From an uncultured Bacteroidales bacterium (GTDB taxonomy: Bacteria > Bacteroidota > Bacteroidia > Bacteroidales > SZUA-534), in NCBI GenBank assembly GCA_964419235.1, contig CAYQPP010000002.1, positions 1 through 44,693 on the forward strand: DNA of 44,693 nucleotides. The letters are read 5' to 3'. Under the pieces are notes generated by a model. That model did not search any database and was not told the origin of the DNA. It was given only the letters and a program-made list of their open reading frames with translations. Made by a program: the position numbers and the translations under genes. This document shows, in pieces, positions 19,938-29,099 of this stretch. Numbering within the stretch: position 1 is the stretch's first letter; each line of letters opens with the position of its first letter.

Positions 19938-20162
19938 GTTCTCAAAATCTTGATTGTATGATTTATATTTGGTACAGATAGGTCAAATATTCAATAAGCA
20001 ACATTCAACAAACAATAATAAAGTAAAAAAACGAACTATGGTGTATTAAATTATATTACCTAATTTATTAAGCATCCGTACGATTATAGTAAATATCAAT
20101 CATTAAAAATAACACTAAAAAATACAGTTTAATGTTGAAAATTGTATATTGAGTATTGAATG
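19938..20162. repeat. Intergenic dispersed repeat, copy A (between gldE and gldD)
   Basis: Aligns in the same orientation to 35707-35886 plus 36094-36148. Shared blocks include CTTGATTG(T/G)ATGATTT, ATTCAATAAGCAAC, AACAAACAATAATAAAGTAAA, GATTATAGT, TCATTAAAAAT and AAAAATACAGTTTAATGTTGAAAATTGTA(T/C)ATTGAGT(A/G)TTGAAT. Roughly 75-85% identity by eye, with small indels. Confidence 0.7.
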
Positions 20163-20238
20163 TCATTTTTATAAATTAAGATGCGATTTAAATTGGGTAA
20201 CCCTAAAAATTAATTTTGTCGAAAAACCGGTAACAATT

Positions 20239-20832
20239 ATGCTAAGAATATTTTTTCTTTTTACCATATCGCTGATTATTGTATCGTGCCAACGCAATTA
20301 CACACCAAAGCCTCGCGGGTACTTTCGTATTGACCTACCCCAAAAAAAATATGTACAAACCCCCGATATTTTGCCATATAGCTTTGAAATTCCTGCCCAA
20401 AGCATGATTGTTAATAACCGTAAGGCAAAGCGCGAACTATACTGGATTAATATTGAATACCCTCAATATAAAGCCACAATATATTTAAGCTACAAAGAGG
20501 TTGATAACAACAATAATCTAAGCAAATATATTAATGATTCGCGCGAATTTGTTTATAAGCATACCATAAAAGCCGATGCTATTATTGAGGATGTTTACGT
20601 AAACAGCGAAAAAAACGTTTATGGTGTTAAATATGATATTAAGGGCGATGCGGCATCGAATACCCAGTTTTTTTTGACCGATAGCACAAAAAATTTTATA
20701 CGCGGGGCACTCTATTTTAATGTTGTACCAAACAAAGACTCGCTTGCTCCCGTTTTATCATATATTAACGATGATATTGTGCACATAATTGAAACTTTTG
20801 AGTGGAAACATCCAAAAACAAAAAAACGATAA
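20239..20832 (+). CDS. gldD: Gliding-motility lipoprotein GldD-like
   Basis: The internal ATG at 20239 gives MLRIFFLFTISLIIVSC (lipobox) followed by QRNYTPKPRGYFRIDLPQKKY, resembling the GldD N-terminus. Size is about 197 aa. Lies downstream of gldE. Confidence 0.6.
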   Translation: MLRIFFLFTISLIIVSCQRNYTPKPRGYFRIDLPQKKYVQTPDILPYSFEIPAQSMIVNNRKAKRELYWINIEYPQYKATIYLSYKEVDNNNNLSKYINDSREFVYKHTIKADAIIEDVYVNSEKNVYGVKYDIKGDAASNTQFFLTDSTKNFIRGALYFNVVPNKDSLAPVLSYINDDIVHIIETFEWKHPKTKKR

Positions 20833-20842
20833 TATTGAATAG

Positions 20843-21478
20843 ATGGCACTATATAGTAAGGAAAACATCTCACTTGGTACACAACTCGGCATTTGGAAAA
20901 AAGAGGAGCCTATAGACCTGCTCGAATCGGTATATTTATTAAATAGTGATGAAGAAAAGGAGTTTGCGCAAATAACAAACCACAACCGAAAAAAAGAGTG
21001 GCTGACAACCCGAATACTGTTGACAGAATTATTGGAAAAGAGGGTAACTATTTTGCACAACAAAAATCGAAAACCGTATTTAAAAAGCCATAACTCGAAC
21101 ATAACAATTTCGCACTCGCGCAATTTTGTTGCAATAATTGTGTCGGCCAACTATTATGCAGGTGTTGATGTGGAGCATATTGCCACGCGTGCAGCTAAGG
21201 TAAAACATAAATTTTTAAATAAAACCGAACTAACTTGGTGTAAAAGCCTTGAGCAGATTACTGCATGTTGGAGTGCCAAGGAGAGTATTTTTAAAATTTA
21301 TGAAAAAGAGCTCGATTTTTATGATATGGAGGTTGCCCCGTTTACCTTAAACACCGATGGCGGCAGTTTTAAAACAAAGGTTATTAAAGCCGGAAAAGAA
21401 GCTGATTACATGGTAAAATACAGGCAAATCGAAGATGATATTTTAACCTATGCGTTGGCAAAATCAGCTATTGGTTAA
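20843..21478 (+). CDS. 4'-phosphopantetheinyl transferase (Sfp/EntD-type)
   Basis: 211 aa. ISISHSRNFVAIIVS...GVDVE and WSAKESIFK match the PPTase G-x-D and W-x-x-K-E-x-x-x-K motifs. Confidence 0.75.
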   Translation: MALYSKENISLGTQLGIWKKEEPIDLLESVYLLNSDEEKEFAQITNHNRKKEWLTTRILLTELLEKRVTILHNKNRKPYLKSHNSNITISHSRNFVAIIVSANYYAGVDVEHIATRAAKVKHKFLNKTELTWCKSLEQITACWSAKESIFKIYEKELDFYDMEVAPFTLNTDGGSFKTKVIKAGKEADYMVKYRQIEDDILTYALAKSAIG

Positions 21479-21496
21479 ATTTTATGCCTGTGGGAT

Positions 21497-22624
21497 TTAA
21501 TTCTCCCTATATAAATCAATAAAAACAGGAAAATGGTCGGAGTAACCAGCGTTATATTTAAAGCCTACAAAAGTTCTGTATGGTTTGCTGCCAAGGTATG
21601 ATTTGTCATTTTCTAAAAGAAAACCGGCATTGAATATTACCGTGCTTTCCGGTGTTGTGTATAAACCATTTTGCCTGTTTAAAAGGTTGCCCGAAACAAT
21701 AATCTGGTCTAAAATACCCCAATTACCATGAAATTTATGCGTTCCGTAGCTTTTGCCGTAATTTGATATATATGTTAGGTTATAAAGCTTGTTTTGTACG
21801 AGTTTGCCTATTTCCGTTTGGGCTTTTAATACTTGCAATATGCTTTTATTTGTGGGTTCGTCATTAAAATCGCCAATAATAACAATATTTGCATTTTTAT
21901 GCACCGATAGTATTGAATCGGTATGGCTTTTTAAAACCGATGCCACATATAGCCTATACCCTTCCGATTCTAACTGGCCTCCCCACCTCGACGGCCAATG
22001 GTTTACAAACAGATGGATGGTATCGCCTTTAGGCAAAACACCTTTTGAGTATAAAATATCGCGTGTGTATTTTTTCGGATTATCAGGAAAGCTAATTGTA
22101 ATAAACGTATTTTTAATTGGTGTGTAGCTTTTTGGGTTGTATAAAAGCGCAACATCAATGCCGCGCCTGTCGGGCGATTCTTTATGTATTATTTTATATT
22201 CAAAAAGGTACAAAGGTGTATTTTTTGTGAGGTCGTGCAATGCCTTCCCACTCTCAATTTCGCATAAGCCAACAAACTCAGGGGGTTGCCATCCACCTAC
22301 GGCAGCTATTACTTTGCAAATATTATTGAGTTTTGTGTAGTATTTATTATTGTTCCAATGGCGCTCCCCATCGGGCAAAAACTCCTCATCGTTTTTAAGT
22401 GTATCATCATAAATATCGAACAGGTTTTCGCAATTATAAAACATTATACGGGCATGTCTCGGTTTTTCAACTATTTGGGTTAACTCTTTTGACAAGTTTT
22501 GGGCAAAAAGCGTATTATAATTGCCTATAATAATAAATATACTTGCTGTCACATAAGTAAATAATGTACGCAATATTTTTTGCTTGTAAGCAGAAAAACA
22601 GATTAAACGGTTAGTTTTTGGCAT
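21497..22624 (-). CDS. Endonuclease/exonuclease/phosphatase (EEP) family protein, secreted or membrane-anchored
   Basis: 375 aa. N-terminal hydrophobic anchor, FYNCENLFD near the N-terminus, IGDFND, C-terminal SDHFPV motif typical of the EEP fold. Confidence 0.75.
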   Translation of the reverse strand: MPKTNRLICFSAYKQKILRTLFTYVTASIFIIIGNYNTLFAQNLSKELTQIVEKPRHARIMFYNCENLFDIYDDTLKNDEEFLPDGERHWNNNKYYTKLNNICKVIAAVGGWQPPEFVGLCEIESGKALHDLTKNTPLYLFEYKIIHKESPDRRGIDVALLYNPKSYTPIKNTFITISFPDNPKKYTRDILYSKGVLPKGDTIHLFVNHWPSRWGGQLESEGYRLYVASVLKSHTDSILSVHKNANIVIIGDFNDEPTNKSILQVLKAQTEIGKLVQNKLYNLTYISNYGKSYGTHKFHGNWGILDQIIVSGNLLNRQNGLYTTPESTVIFNAGFLLENDKSYLGSKPYRTFVGFKYNAGYSDHFPVFIDLYREN

Positions 22625-22639
22625 TAGTATATTTTATTA

Positions 22640-24091
22640 TCATTCTCCTTCAACACGCTCATAGGCTCCAAGATCGGGTTTTCCGTCAAGTATCCGGTCA
22701 ACACCATCTTGATCTTTTGGATAAAAAGAGCTGTAATAAGTTGAGCCTTGATCTTTTGCTGCCGAAAGCGTGTCTAAACGAAAATTACCCTCATGTGTGT
22801 TTACAAAATTTGGCAGCGAACCTTCATGTCTTATTATATTTTTATAGATATCCTCATTACTTGTGTCAAAATCGTCTTCTAATTTCATTAAGCAGTGGTC
22901 GAACAAAAACCCAACCTGTGCTCCGGTTGATGTGTTAAATTCAGTAATAAACTCGTTTTTTTGATCGCCGTAAATTATACAGTTCCCAAATACCGAGCTA
23001 AAATCAAAAGCTTTAATTCCATCATCGGGTTCATAATAATTATTAAATGCAAGCGATTCGGTTTTGCGTGATGAAAATTTATAATAATTACCAATGGTTG
23101 AGTGGTAAAACTCATAATGTCCGCCTAAGTTTAACATAACGGCATAATATCCGCAATTTGCAATTACGGTATTGAAAACAAGCATATTTGATGATTGCGC
23201 CACCAGCCCTATTTCGCCCATTGTTTTTATTATAGAGTTGCTGAGTATTAGTTTAGGTTGTGTGCCTTCGCCTAACGAGTCAACCTGTACTCCCCTAATG
23301 CCATTTTTAATAATAGCGTGGTCGATAATATTGTTTTTACTTTTTGCGAAAAAGTGTATGCCGCCTGTCCTATACATTTTATCATCGACGTGCAATATAC
23401 CATACCATTGCCCGGGCGCATTTTCATACCACTCCTCCAACCTATCGCCTTGAAATGTTACGGGTTTTTCGGCAGTGCCCATAACATTTAACGTTCCTAC
23501 CACCCACATTGCCGACTCGTTATGGAAATGGATTCGTGCCCCGGCTTCAATAGTCAGTGTTGCATCCTCTTTAATAGCAACGTTGTTATAAATAAGGTAT
23601 GGCTTGTCGGCTACCCATGTGGGTATTTCAACATATTCATCATTGTATAAATGCACATCTTGCCCATAGGCTACGAGTTTTACGTTTTGGTTGTTGCCAT
23701 TGGTGTAAAACATTACCGAATCGTCAATAACCATTGGGTTGTTTGAGTTTCGCGGGTCGATTGTTACCTCAACAAAAACATATGCGCTGTCGTTTGCCAG
23801 AATTTCATAATCTTTTATTTCGGTTGCAGGCTGTCCGTCAATATTTAGCCTGTAATATGAGCTTGAGCCTCCTGCTAAAGCTATGGTGGTTTTTACGGCT
23901 TTGTTGTTTGGGTTATAAAACCTGAATTGCAGGGTTGTTGAACCAATTGTTGTAAAGACTGTGTCAAACTGTACGGTGTCGGTTGAAAAAGCCAATAGTG
24001 CCGATGGATCGTCGGTAAATTCTTCGCTTTCGCGACACGAAAAGAGGGTCAGTAGTATAAGTGCTATAATTATTATATATGATATCTTCAT
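22640..24091 (-). CDS. Lipoprotein with right-handed beta-helix-like repeats (choice-of-anchor-Q-like C-terminus)
   Basis: The ATG at 24091 gives MKISYIIIIALILLTLFSC (lipobox). Repetitive N/G-rich beta-helix-like segments. C-terminal DGKPDLGAYE motif. Ends 15 nt upstream of the EEP gene. Confidence 0.55.
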   Translation of the reverse strand: MKISYIIIIALILLTLFSCRESEEFTDDPSALLAFSTDTVQFDTVFTTIGSTTLQFRFYNPNNKAVKTTIALAGGSSSYYRLNIDGQPATEIKDYEILANDSAYVFVEVTIDPRNSNNPMVIDDSVMFYTNGNNQNVKLVAYGQDVHLYNDEYVEIPTWVADKPYLIYNNVAIKEDATLTIEAGARIHFHNESAMWVVGTLNVMGTAEKPVTFQGDRLEEWYENAPGQWYGILHVDDKMYRTGGIHFFAKSKNNIIDHAIIKNGIRGVQVDSLGEGTQPKLILSNSIIKTMGEIGLVAQSSNMLVFNTVIANCGYYAVMLNLGGHYEFYHSTIGNYYKFSSRKTESLAFNNYYEPDDGIKAFDFSSVFGNCIIYGDQKNEFITEFNTSTGAQVGFLFDHCLMKLEDDFDTSNEDIYKNIIRHEGSLPNFVNTHEGNFRLDTLSAAKDQGSTYYSSFYPKDQDGVDRILDGKPDLGAYERVEGE

Positions 24092-24186
24092 TGTTAAAAA
24101 GATTATTTGCAAATTGATATTGTTGTATCAAAAACGTAGCGGTTACAATAAAATTGCAACCGCCACAAAAATATATAATTTACGTA

Positions 24187-26472
24187 TTAAAATAGTTCAA
24201 CCTCGATATTTTGGATAAATGCCGTATATGTATATTCATTTTGAACTTTAGCGCCTGCCAATATCATCAATACAGGGGTTTCGCTTCCATCATTGTTCAA
24301 AATATTGGTCTCTTTTCTTATGCCTATTAATTTACGTTTTTCCGAGTGGGTCAAGGTATATATCATCTCGTCCTCTTTTTCATTTTTAACCTCTTTGAAA
24401 AGTTTTTTGACATTTTGCCCAATCACATCTTTTCTTGAGTATCCCCATAAACTTTCGGCTGCACGGTTAAAGAACTCAACAATGCCGTCGTGGTTTATTG
24501 TAATAATTGCATCGTATGCCCCTTCCAGTGTTTTCTCGTTTCTAACCTTTACTTTTTCAATTTCTTGGAATTGGAGTTTAACTTCTTTTTTAGCCTCTTC
24601 GAGTCGTTTTTGTAACTCTAACTTATTGGCTTTAAGCTCATCTTCCTGCTCTTTGAGCAACTTGTTTTGCTGTTTAGTAAGCAGCTCCATCTCTTTCTGC
24701 TCGGTTATATCGTGTGCAATTGATATTATTTTTGACACTTCGCCATACATATTGAATGCGGCTGTATAAGTAACATCAAACCATTGCGTTTTTCCATTAT
24801 GCCCAATAAGTTTTGATTGTCCTTGGTATGGCTCGCCATTTATTACCTTATCCCATATTTCTTCAAATTCGTTTTGGTCATCTTCGCCAACAAAATTAAA
24901 TACGCTATAAGTTTTTAAGTCTTCGGTGGTATATCCTAAAGTATCAATAAATTTTTGGTTACAATCAATCATTCTTCCACTAGGAGCGTATATTATTTTC
25001 AATCCCGATTGGTTTATGGCTTCAATTTGTCCTTCATAATCGAGGCTTTGTTCTTTTTGTTCAGTAGTATCTATTGCTATGAAAAGGATTTTTTCGACCC
25101 CCTGCATATTATTTCTAACACAAGTGTATGTAGCCATTGTCCAAAGGTCTTTTCCTTTTTTGGTAATATGTTTCATATAACCTTCAAAGTGCTTTCCGCC
25201 CCCTGCTAATTCGTCCCAAATTTCATTAAACCACGATTTATCTTTATCGCCAATAAATATTGATATATGATGCCCCTCCACCTCGGAGTTACTACTATAA
25301 CCCATTTTTTTCAAGAATTTAGTGTTGGCGTAAAGCAAAATGCCGTTAATATCGTACTCTGCTCTAATTAATGTATGGTTTACCGAATTTGTAAAGCTGA
25401 TAAATTCTTCAGCTTGCTTGGCTGCCTCTTCTTGAGTAGCCTGCAGCTCTTCCATATTTTGCCGCATTTCTTCCTCTTGCTGGGTAAGCCTTTCGGCAGC
25501 CTCTCGCGATTCGTTTAATAAATTGGCGGTACGGATATTTATTTTTACGGTTGAATAGGTTGTTGCAATACTCTCAGCCACTTTTTCTACAAACTCAATT
25601 TTATATGGCTCAAAATAATCAAATGCTGTTAACTCAATAACTCCATAAACATCTTCATTAACTTTAAGGGGTACAATTAATAAAACATTTGGATTTGCTT
25701 CGCCTAAGCCGCTTGTTATTTCAACATAATCATCGGGGATTTCATCAATGTAAATGGTATTTTTTTCAAAAGCCGACCTGCCTATCAGCCCTTCTGACAG
25801 TTCAATCCTTTTTTTATTATACTTTTTTCTGTCGTATGCAAAATGAGCAATAAGTTCAAAATACTCATCTTCTTTTAATTCATCGTTAATTACAAATAAT
25901 CCGCCTTGTACAGCTCCTATATATCTGCACAAGTTGCTTATAAGTTCGTAACTCAACACCTCAATGTTATCATTATTATGCCTAAGTATCTCTCCGAATT
26001 TTGCTAATCCTTCAGCAATCCAATTGCGTTGTTCATCTTCTTTTTTACGTTGATTTTCCTCTTCGTAATTATTTTTTAGGCTGTTACGTAAATTAATTAA
26101 AATTTTACCAAGTTGATTTTCTTTGGCAGGTTCGTAGTCAATGTCAAGATTGCCTTTTGTCAGGTTTTCGGCAAATTCAAGCATATCGCCTGTTTTTTTT
26201 GCATTTTCTTTTTCTAAATTATCAAGTTTTGAGGCAATGTTGTAAGTAAAATAACCAACAATGTATGCTGTTATGCCAATAATAATTGGGGCGGTATCAA
26301 AAAGGTAATAATACCACCCTGATGAATGAAGTTTAAAAATGTTTTTAAATGTAAAAACCATATCGTTTGATGATAGGATTCCTATGTAAATAATAGCAAC
26401 CTCTATTATACCTAATAAAAAGCCTATAATTGAAAATTGTAGCTTAAAGTTGGTTATTCTTTTCTTTTCCAT
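24187..26472 (-). CDS. Membrane sensor: 2 TM - HAMP-like - GAF - Q/E-rich coiled coil - PAS x3, with no recognisable output domain
   Basis: 761 aa. Two N-terminal TM helices. HAMP-like LTKGNLDIDYEPAKENQLGKILINLRNSL. GAF core (GGLFVIN...VPLKVNEDVYGVIEL). Coil QQEEEMRQNMEELQATQEEAAKQAEE. Three PAS/PAC-like modules. Ends ...NIEVELF. Confidence 0.8.
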   Translation of the reverse strand: MEKKRITNFKLQFSIIGFLLGIIEVAIIYIGILSSNDMVFTFKNIFKLHSSGWYYYLFDTAPIIIGITAYIVGYFTYNIASKLDNLEKENAKKTGDMLEFAENLTKGNLDIDYEPAKENQLGKILINLRNSLKNNYEEENQRKKEDEQRNWIAEGLAKFGEILRHNNDNIEVLSYELISNLCRYIGAVQGGLFVINDELKEDEYFELIAHFAYDRKKYNKKRIELSEGLIGRSAFEKNTIYIDEIPDDYVEITSGLGEANPNVLLIVPLKVNEDVYGVIELTAFDYFEPYKIEFVEKVAESIATTYSTVKINIRTANLLNESREAAERLTQQEEEMRQNMEELQATQEEAAKQAEEFISFTNSVNHTLIRAEYDINGILLYANTKFLKKMGYSSNSEVEGHHISIFIGDKDKSWFNEIWDELAGGGKHFEGYMKHITKKGKDLWTMATYTCVRNNMQGVEKILFIAIDTTEQKEQSLDYEGQIEAINQSGLKIIYAPSGRMIDCNQKFIDTLGYTTEDLKTYSVFNFVGEDDQNEFEEIWDKVINGEPYQGQSKLIGHNGKTQWFDVTYTAAFNMYGEVSKIISIAHDITEQKEMELLTKQQNKLLKEQEDELKANKLELQKRLEEAKKEVKLQFQEIEKVKVRNEKTLEGAYDAIITINHDGIVEFFNRAAESLWGYSRKDVIGQNVKKLFKEVKNEKEDEMIYTLTHSEKRKLIGIRKETNILNNDGSETPVLMILAGAKVQNEYTYTAFIQNIEVELF

Positions 26473-26633
26473 TTAAATTAAAATGAAGGTGTATTAAAAT
26501 GTTTAAACGTTAATATGCCAAACTGTGAGTTGACTGTCTAAAATTACTAAAATATTTGAGAATTCATTATAAATTATATTAAAACGTTGATTTTACATTT
26601 TCATTAAGCCTTAATGTATAGGGGTAGCGGTAA

Positions 26634-27719
26634 TTAATATTGCAGTTTTAACACTCTGTTTGCAATTTTATCTAATGGCATAATCTCGATGGCTGCTTCC
26701 ATTTTAATTGCCTCTTTAGGCATTCCGAAAACTATACATGTTTTTTCGTCTTGTGCAATGGTATGAGCTCCTGCCTCTTTTAATTCGAGCAATCCTCGGG
26801 CTCCGTCATCGCCCATGCCTGTCATAATTACGCCAATAGCATTTTTGCCTGCATATTTTGCTGTTGAGCGAAAAAGTACGTCAACTGACGGCCTGTGCCT
26901 GTTTACTAACGGGCCGTCATTAATTTCAACAAAATAGCGTGCTCCGCTGCGCTTAAGTATTAAATGGTGGTTGCCGGGCGCTATTAAAGCGCGTCCGCGA
27001 ATTACAGTGTCGTTGTTTGAGGCCTCTTTTACTGTTACCTTGCAAAGGTCGTTTAGCCTATTGGCAAACGAACGCGTAAACTGCTCAGGCATGTGTTGCA
27101 CTATTACTACTCCCGGGCTGTCGGCAGGCAATGTTTCAAGAAACACCCTTAATGCTTCGGTACCTCCGGTTGATGCTCCTACAACTACTACTTTTTCGGT
27201 AGTTTTAAGCATGCTTTTGTTTAAGCTGCCTTTTGATATTATGGCATCGGCACTTAACTTGGGTTTTACCTCGATAGGTACAGCCGGTTTTTTTATATTT
27301 TTTTTGCGCTTTAGCTTTGCGCTTGCAGCAGCTTTAATGGCATCAATAATCCTTGTTTTCGACTCTTCGATAAACTCTTTTGTGCTAAGTTTTGGTTTTG
27401 TTATGATTTCGACAGCCCCGTATTCTAATGCTTTTATTCCGGTTTCGGTTCCGGTTTCGGTTAAGCTTGAAATAATTACTACAGGAATTGGGTGTTGAGT
27501 CATTATTTTGCGCAAAAAAGTTAAGCCGTCCATTCGTGGCATTTCAATATCGAGTGTAATAACATCGGGGACTTCATGTGCTATTTTGTTGGCGGCAAAA
27601 TATGGGTCGGCAGCTACTCCCATTACTTCAATAAGTGGATCATGCATTAATATACTGCTGAGCGTTTGTCGAACTACAGCCGAATCGTCAACTATTAAAA
27701 CTTTTATTTTTTCGTTCAT
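26634..27719 (-). CDS. cheB: Chemotaxis response regulator protein-glutamate methylesterase
   Basis: 361 aa. Receiver (VLIVDDS...[12 protein letters not shown]...) plus methylesterase motifs [33 protein letters not shown]. Confidence 0.92.
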   Translation of the reverse strand: MNEKIKVLIVDDSAVVRQTLSSILMHDPLIEVMGVAADPYFAANKIAHEVPDVITLDIEMPRMDGLTFLRKIMTQHPIPVVIISSLTETGTETGIKALEYGAVEIITKPKLSTKEFIEESKTRIIDAIKAAASAKLKRKKNIKKPAVPIEVKPKLSADAIISKGSLNKSMLKTTEKVVVVGASTGGTEALRVFLETLPADSPGVVIVQHMPEQFTRSFANRLNDLCKVTVKEASNNDTVIRGRALIAPGNHHLILKRSGARYFVEINDGPLVNRHRPSVDVLFRSTAKYAGKNAIGVIMTGMGDDGARGLLELKEAGAHTIAQDEKTCIVFGMPKEAIKMEAAIEIMPLDKIANRVLKLQY

Positions 27720-27720
27720 T

Positions 27721-28218
27721 TTATTGCCGTTGTTTTTGGATGAGTTTCATTAGTACTACTCCCGTTTCGGTATTAAAACGTATTTTTCGTCCTAAAGTAC
27801 CTCCTACACTTTGTCCTGTTATTTTTATTTTGTTTTCTTTTAGAGCCTTTATTGCTATTTCGATATTTCGTTCGCCAATTTTAAATATATTGGTTTTTGA
27901 TTCAACAATTTCGCCCCCGCCAAATACTTTAGCTTGCAGGTTAGTTGGTTTTGAACCAAAATTTATCATTTTTTCAATAAGTTTTTGGATAGCTATGTTG
28001 CCATATTTTGGCGATGCCAACCCTGTACCGTTCCAAAATGGCAACATATAATGGTTTATTCCTCCTATTTTTTTTACGGGATCGTACAGGCATACGGCCA
28101 CGCATGAGCCCAAAATAGTATCTACCAAAAATGGGGTTTCATCAGCAAACAGGGCTGATGGGTACAAAAAATGTGTATTTATTTGGCTATTAGAAGATTC
28201 CATCCTCATTGTCATCAA
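27721..28218 (-). CDS. cheD: Chemoreceptor glutamine deamidase CheD
   Basis: 165 aa. [48 protein letters not shown]. The start is uncertain (Met at 28218, 28215, 28209 or 28203). Overlaps the upstream kinase-like gene by 14-29 nt. Confidence 0.85.
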   Translation of the reverse strand: MMTMRMESSNSQINTHFLYPSALFADETPFLVDTILGSCVAVCLYDPVKKIGGINHYMLPFWNGTGLASPKYGNIAIQKLIEKMINFGSKPTNLQAKVFGGGEIVESKTNIFKIGERNIEIAIKALKENKIKITGQSVGGTLGRKIRFNTETGVVLMKLIQKQRQ

Positions 28219-29089
28219 AAATAAATTCGTTTCCGTCTAAGGCATATCCTTCGGTATCGCTAATTTCTGATTGTGGTATTGATACCGTAAATACTGACCC
28301 TATATTTTGTTTGCTTACTATCTCTATTTTCCCGTCTAATATGTCAATTAGGGCTTTTGTTACCGACAACCCGAGACCGTGCCCCGGGTTTAATGAGTTT
28401 ATTGAGGTGTCGATTCTTTTAAATCGGTCGAAAATAGTGGCAAGGTTTTTTTTGTTTATGCCAATGCCATAATCTTTAACCGATACTTTTAATGTGTCAT
28501 CCTCAACCCAGCCATTAACTTCGATACGGTTTGCGGCATTACTGTATTTAATTCCGTTATTAAGCAGGTTTGATATTATAAGCCTCAATTTTTCGGGGTC
28601 GGTTTTAAAAAAGCAGGCTTCTTTTAATTTTTTATCGAGCTTAAACGAGAAATTTATTTTAAGCTGTTTTTGCTCGGCTTTATATTCATATGCGCTTATT
28701 ACACTACCAATTAATAGGTTAATGTCGGTTTTAATAAATTCGGGGAATGCTTCGCCCGCCTCAATGCGTGCTGCTGTAAATATATTTTTTAACTGAAAAT
28801 CAAGTTCAAAGGCTTCGGAATGTATCAATTCGGCCATGTTTTTAATTTTCTTGATATCAATATCTTTTGCTGCGATTATATTTTTTGACAACCCCAATAT
28901 TGAAGCAAATGGGTTAACTATTTCATTTGTTATGTTTGAAATAAAATGGCTTTTTAGGGCTTCTGATTCAGTTAGTTTTTCGTTTACCAGCTTTAATTCG
29001 TCACGTTGTTTACCTATTGTTTTGTAGCAACCGGCAGCTTCCTTGAGCTTTAATTTAAGTTCTTCAATAAATTCTTTATCTGACAGCAT
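28190..29089 (-). CDS. Soluble HisKA/HATPase_c protein lacking the phospho-acceptor histidine (His->Asn)
   Basis: 299 aa with no TM or sensor domain. DHp H-box reads KSHFISNITNEIVNPF where the other kinases in this window read FLSNMSHEIRTPM and GVAHEINNPI. N-box LLNNGIKYS, G1 DYGIGI, F FDRF and G2 GHGLGLS are intact. Confidence 0.8.
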   Translation of the reverse strand: MLSDKEFIEELKLKLKEAAGCYKTIGKQRDELKLVNEKLTESEALKSHFISNITNEIVNPFASILGLSKNIIAAKDIDIKKIKNMAELIHSEAFELDFQLKNIFTAARIEAGEAFPEFIKTDINLLIGSVISAYEYKAEQKQLKINFSFKLDKKLKEACFFKTDPEKLRLIISNLLNNGIKYSNAANRIEVNGWVEDDTLKVSVKDYGIGINKKNLATIFDRFKRIDTSINSLNPGHGLGLSVTKALIDILDGKIEIVSKQNIGSVFTVSIPQSEISDTEGYALDGNEFIFDDNEDGIF

Positions 29090-29099
29090 AGCGGTTTAT

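Noticed and set aside
20149-20238. 30-aa N-terminal extension of the gldD-like ORF.
   Set aside because: It begins inside repeat copy A. The internal Met at 20239 gives a canonical lipoprotein signal peptide (…IIVSC), consistent with GldD being a lipoprotein.
26971-27498. 175-aa + strand ORF inside cheB. Similar antisense ORFs occur at 31505-31972 in cheA, 24293-24769 in the GAF/PAS gene, 38702-39148 in tkt, 14524-14901 in dsbD, 11776-12087 in the SpoIIE receptor and 30042-30374 in cheW.
   Set aside because: All lie wholly antisense to genes with unmistakable family motifs. They have low-complexity Ser/Phe/Leu/Ile-rich translations typical of shadow frames in AT-rich DNA and carry no recognisable motifs.
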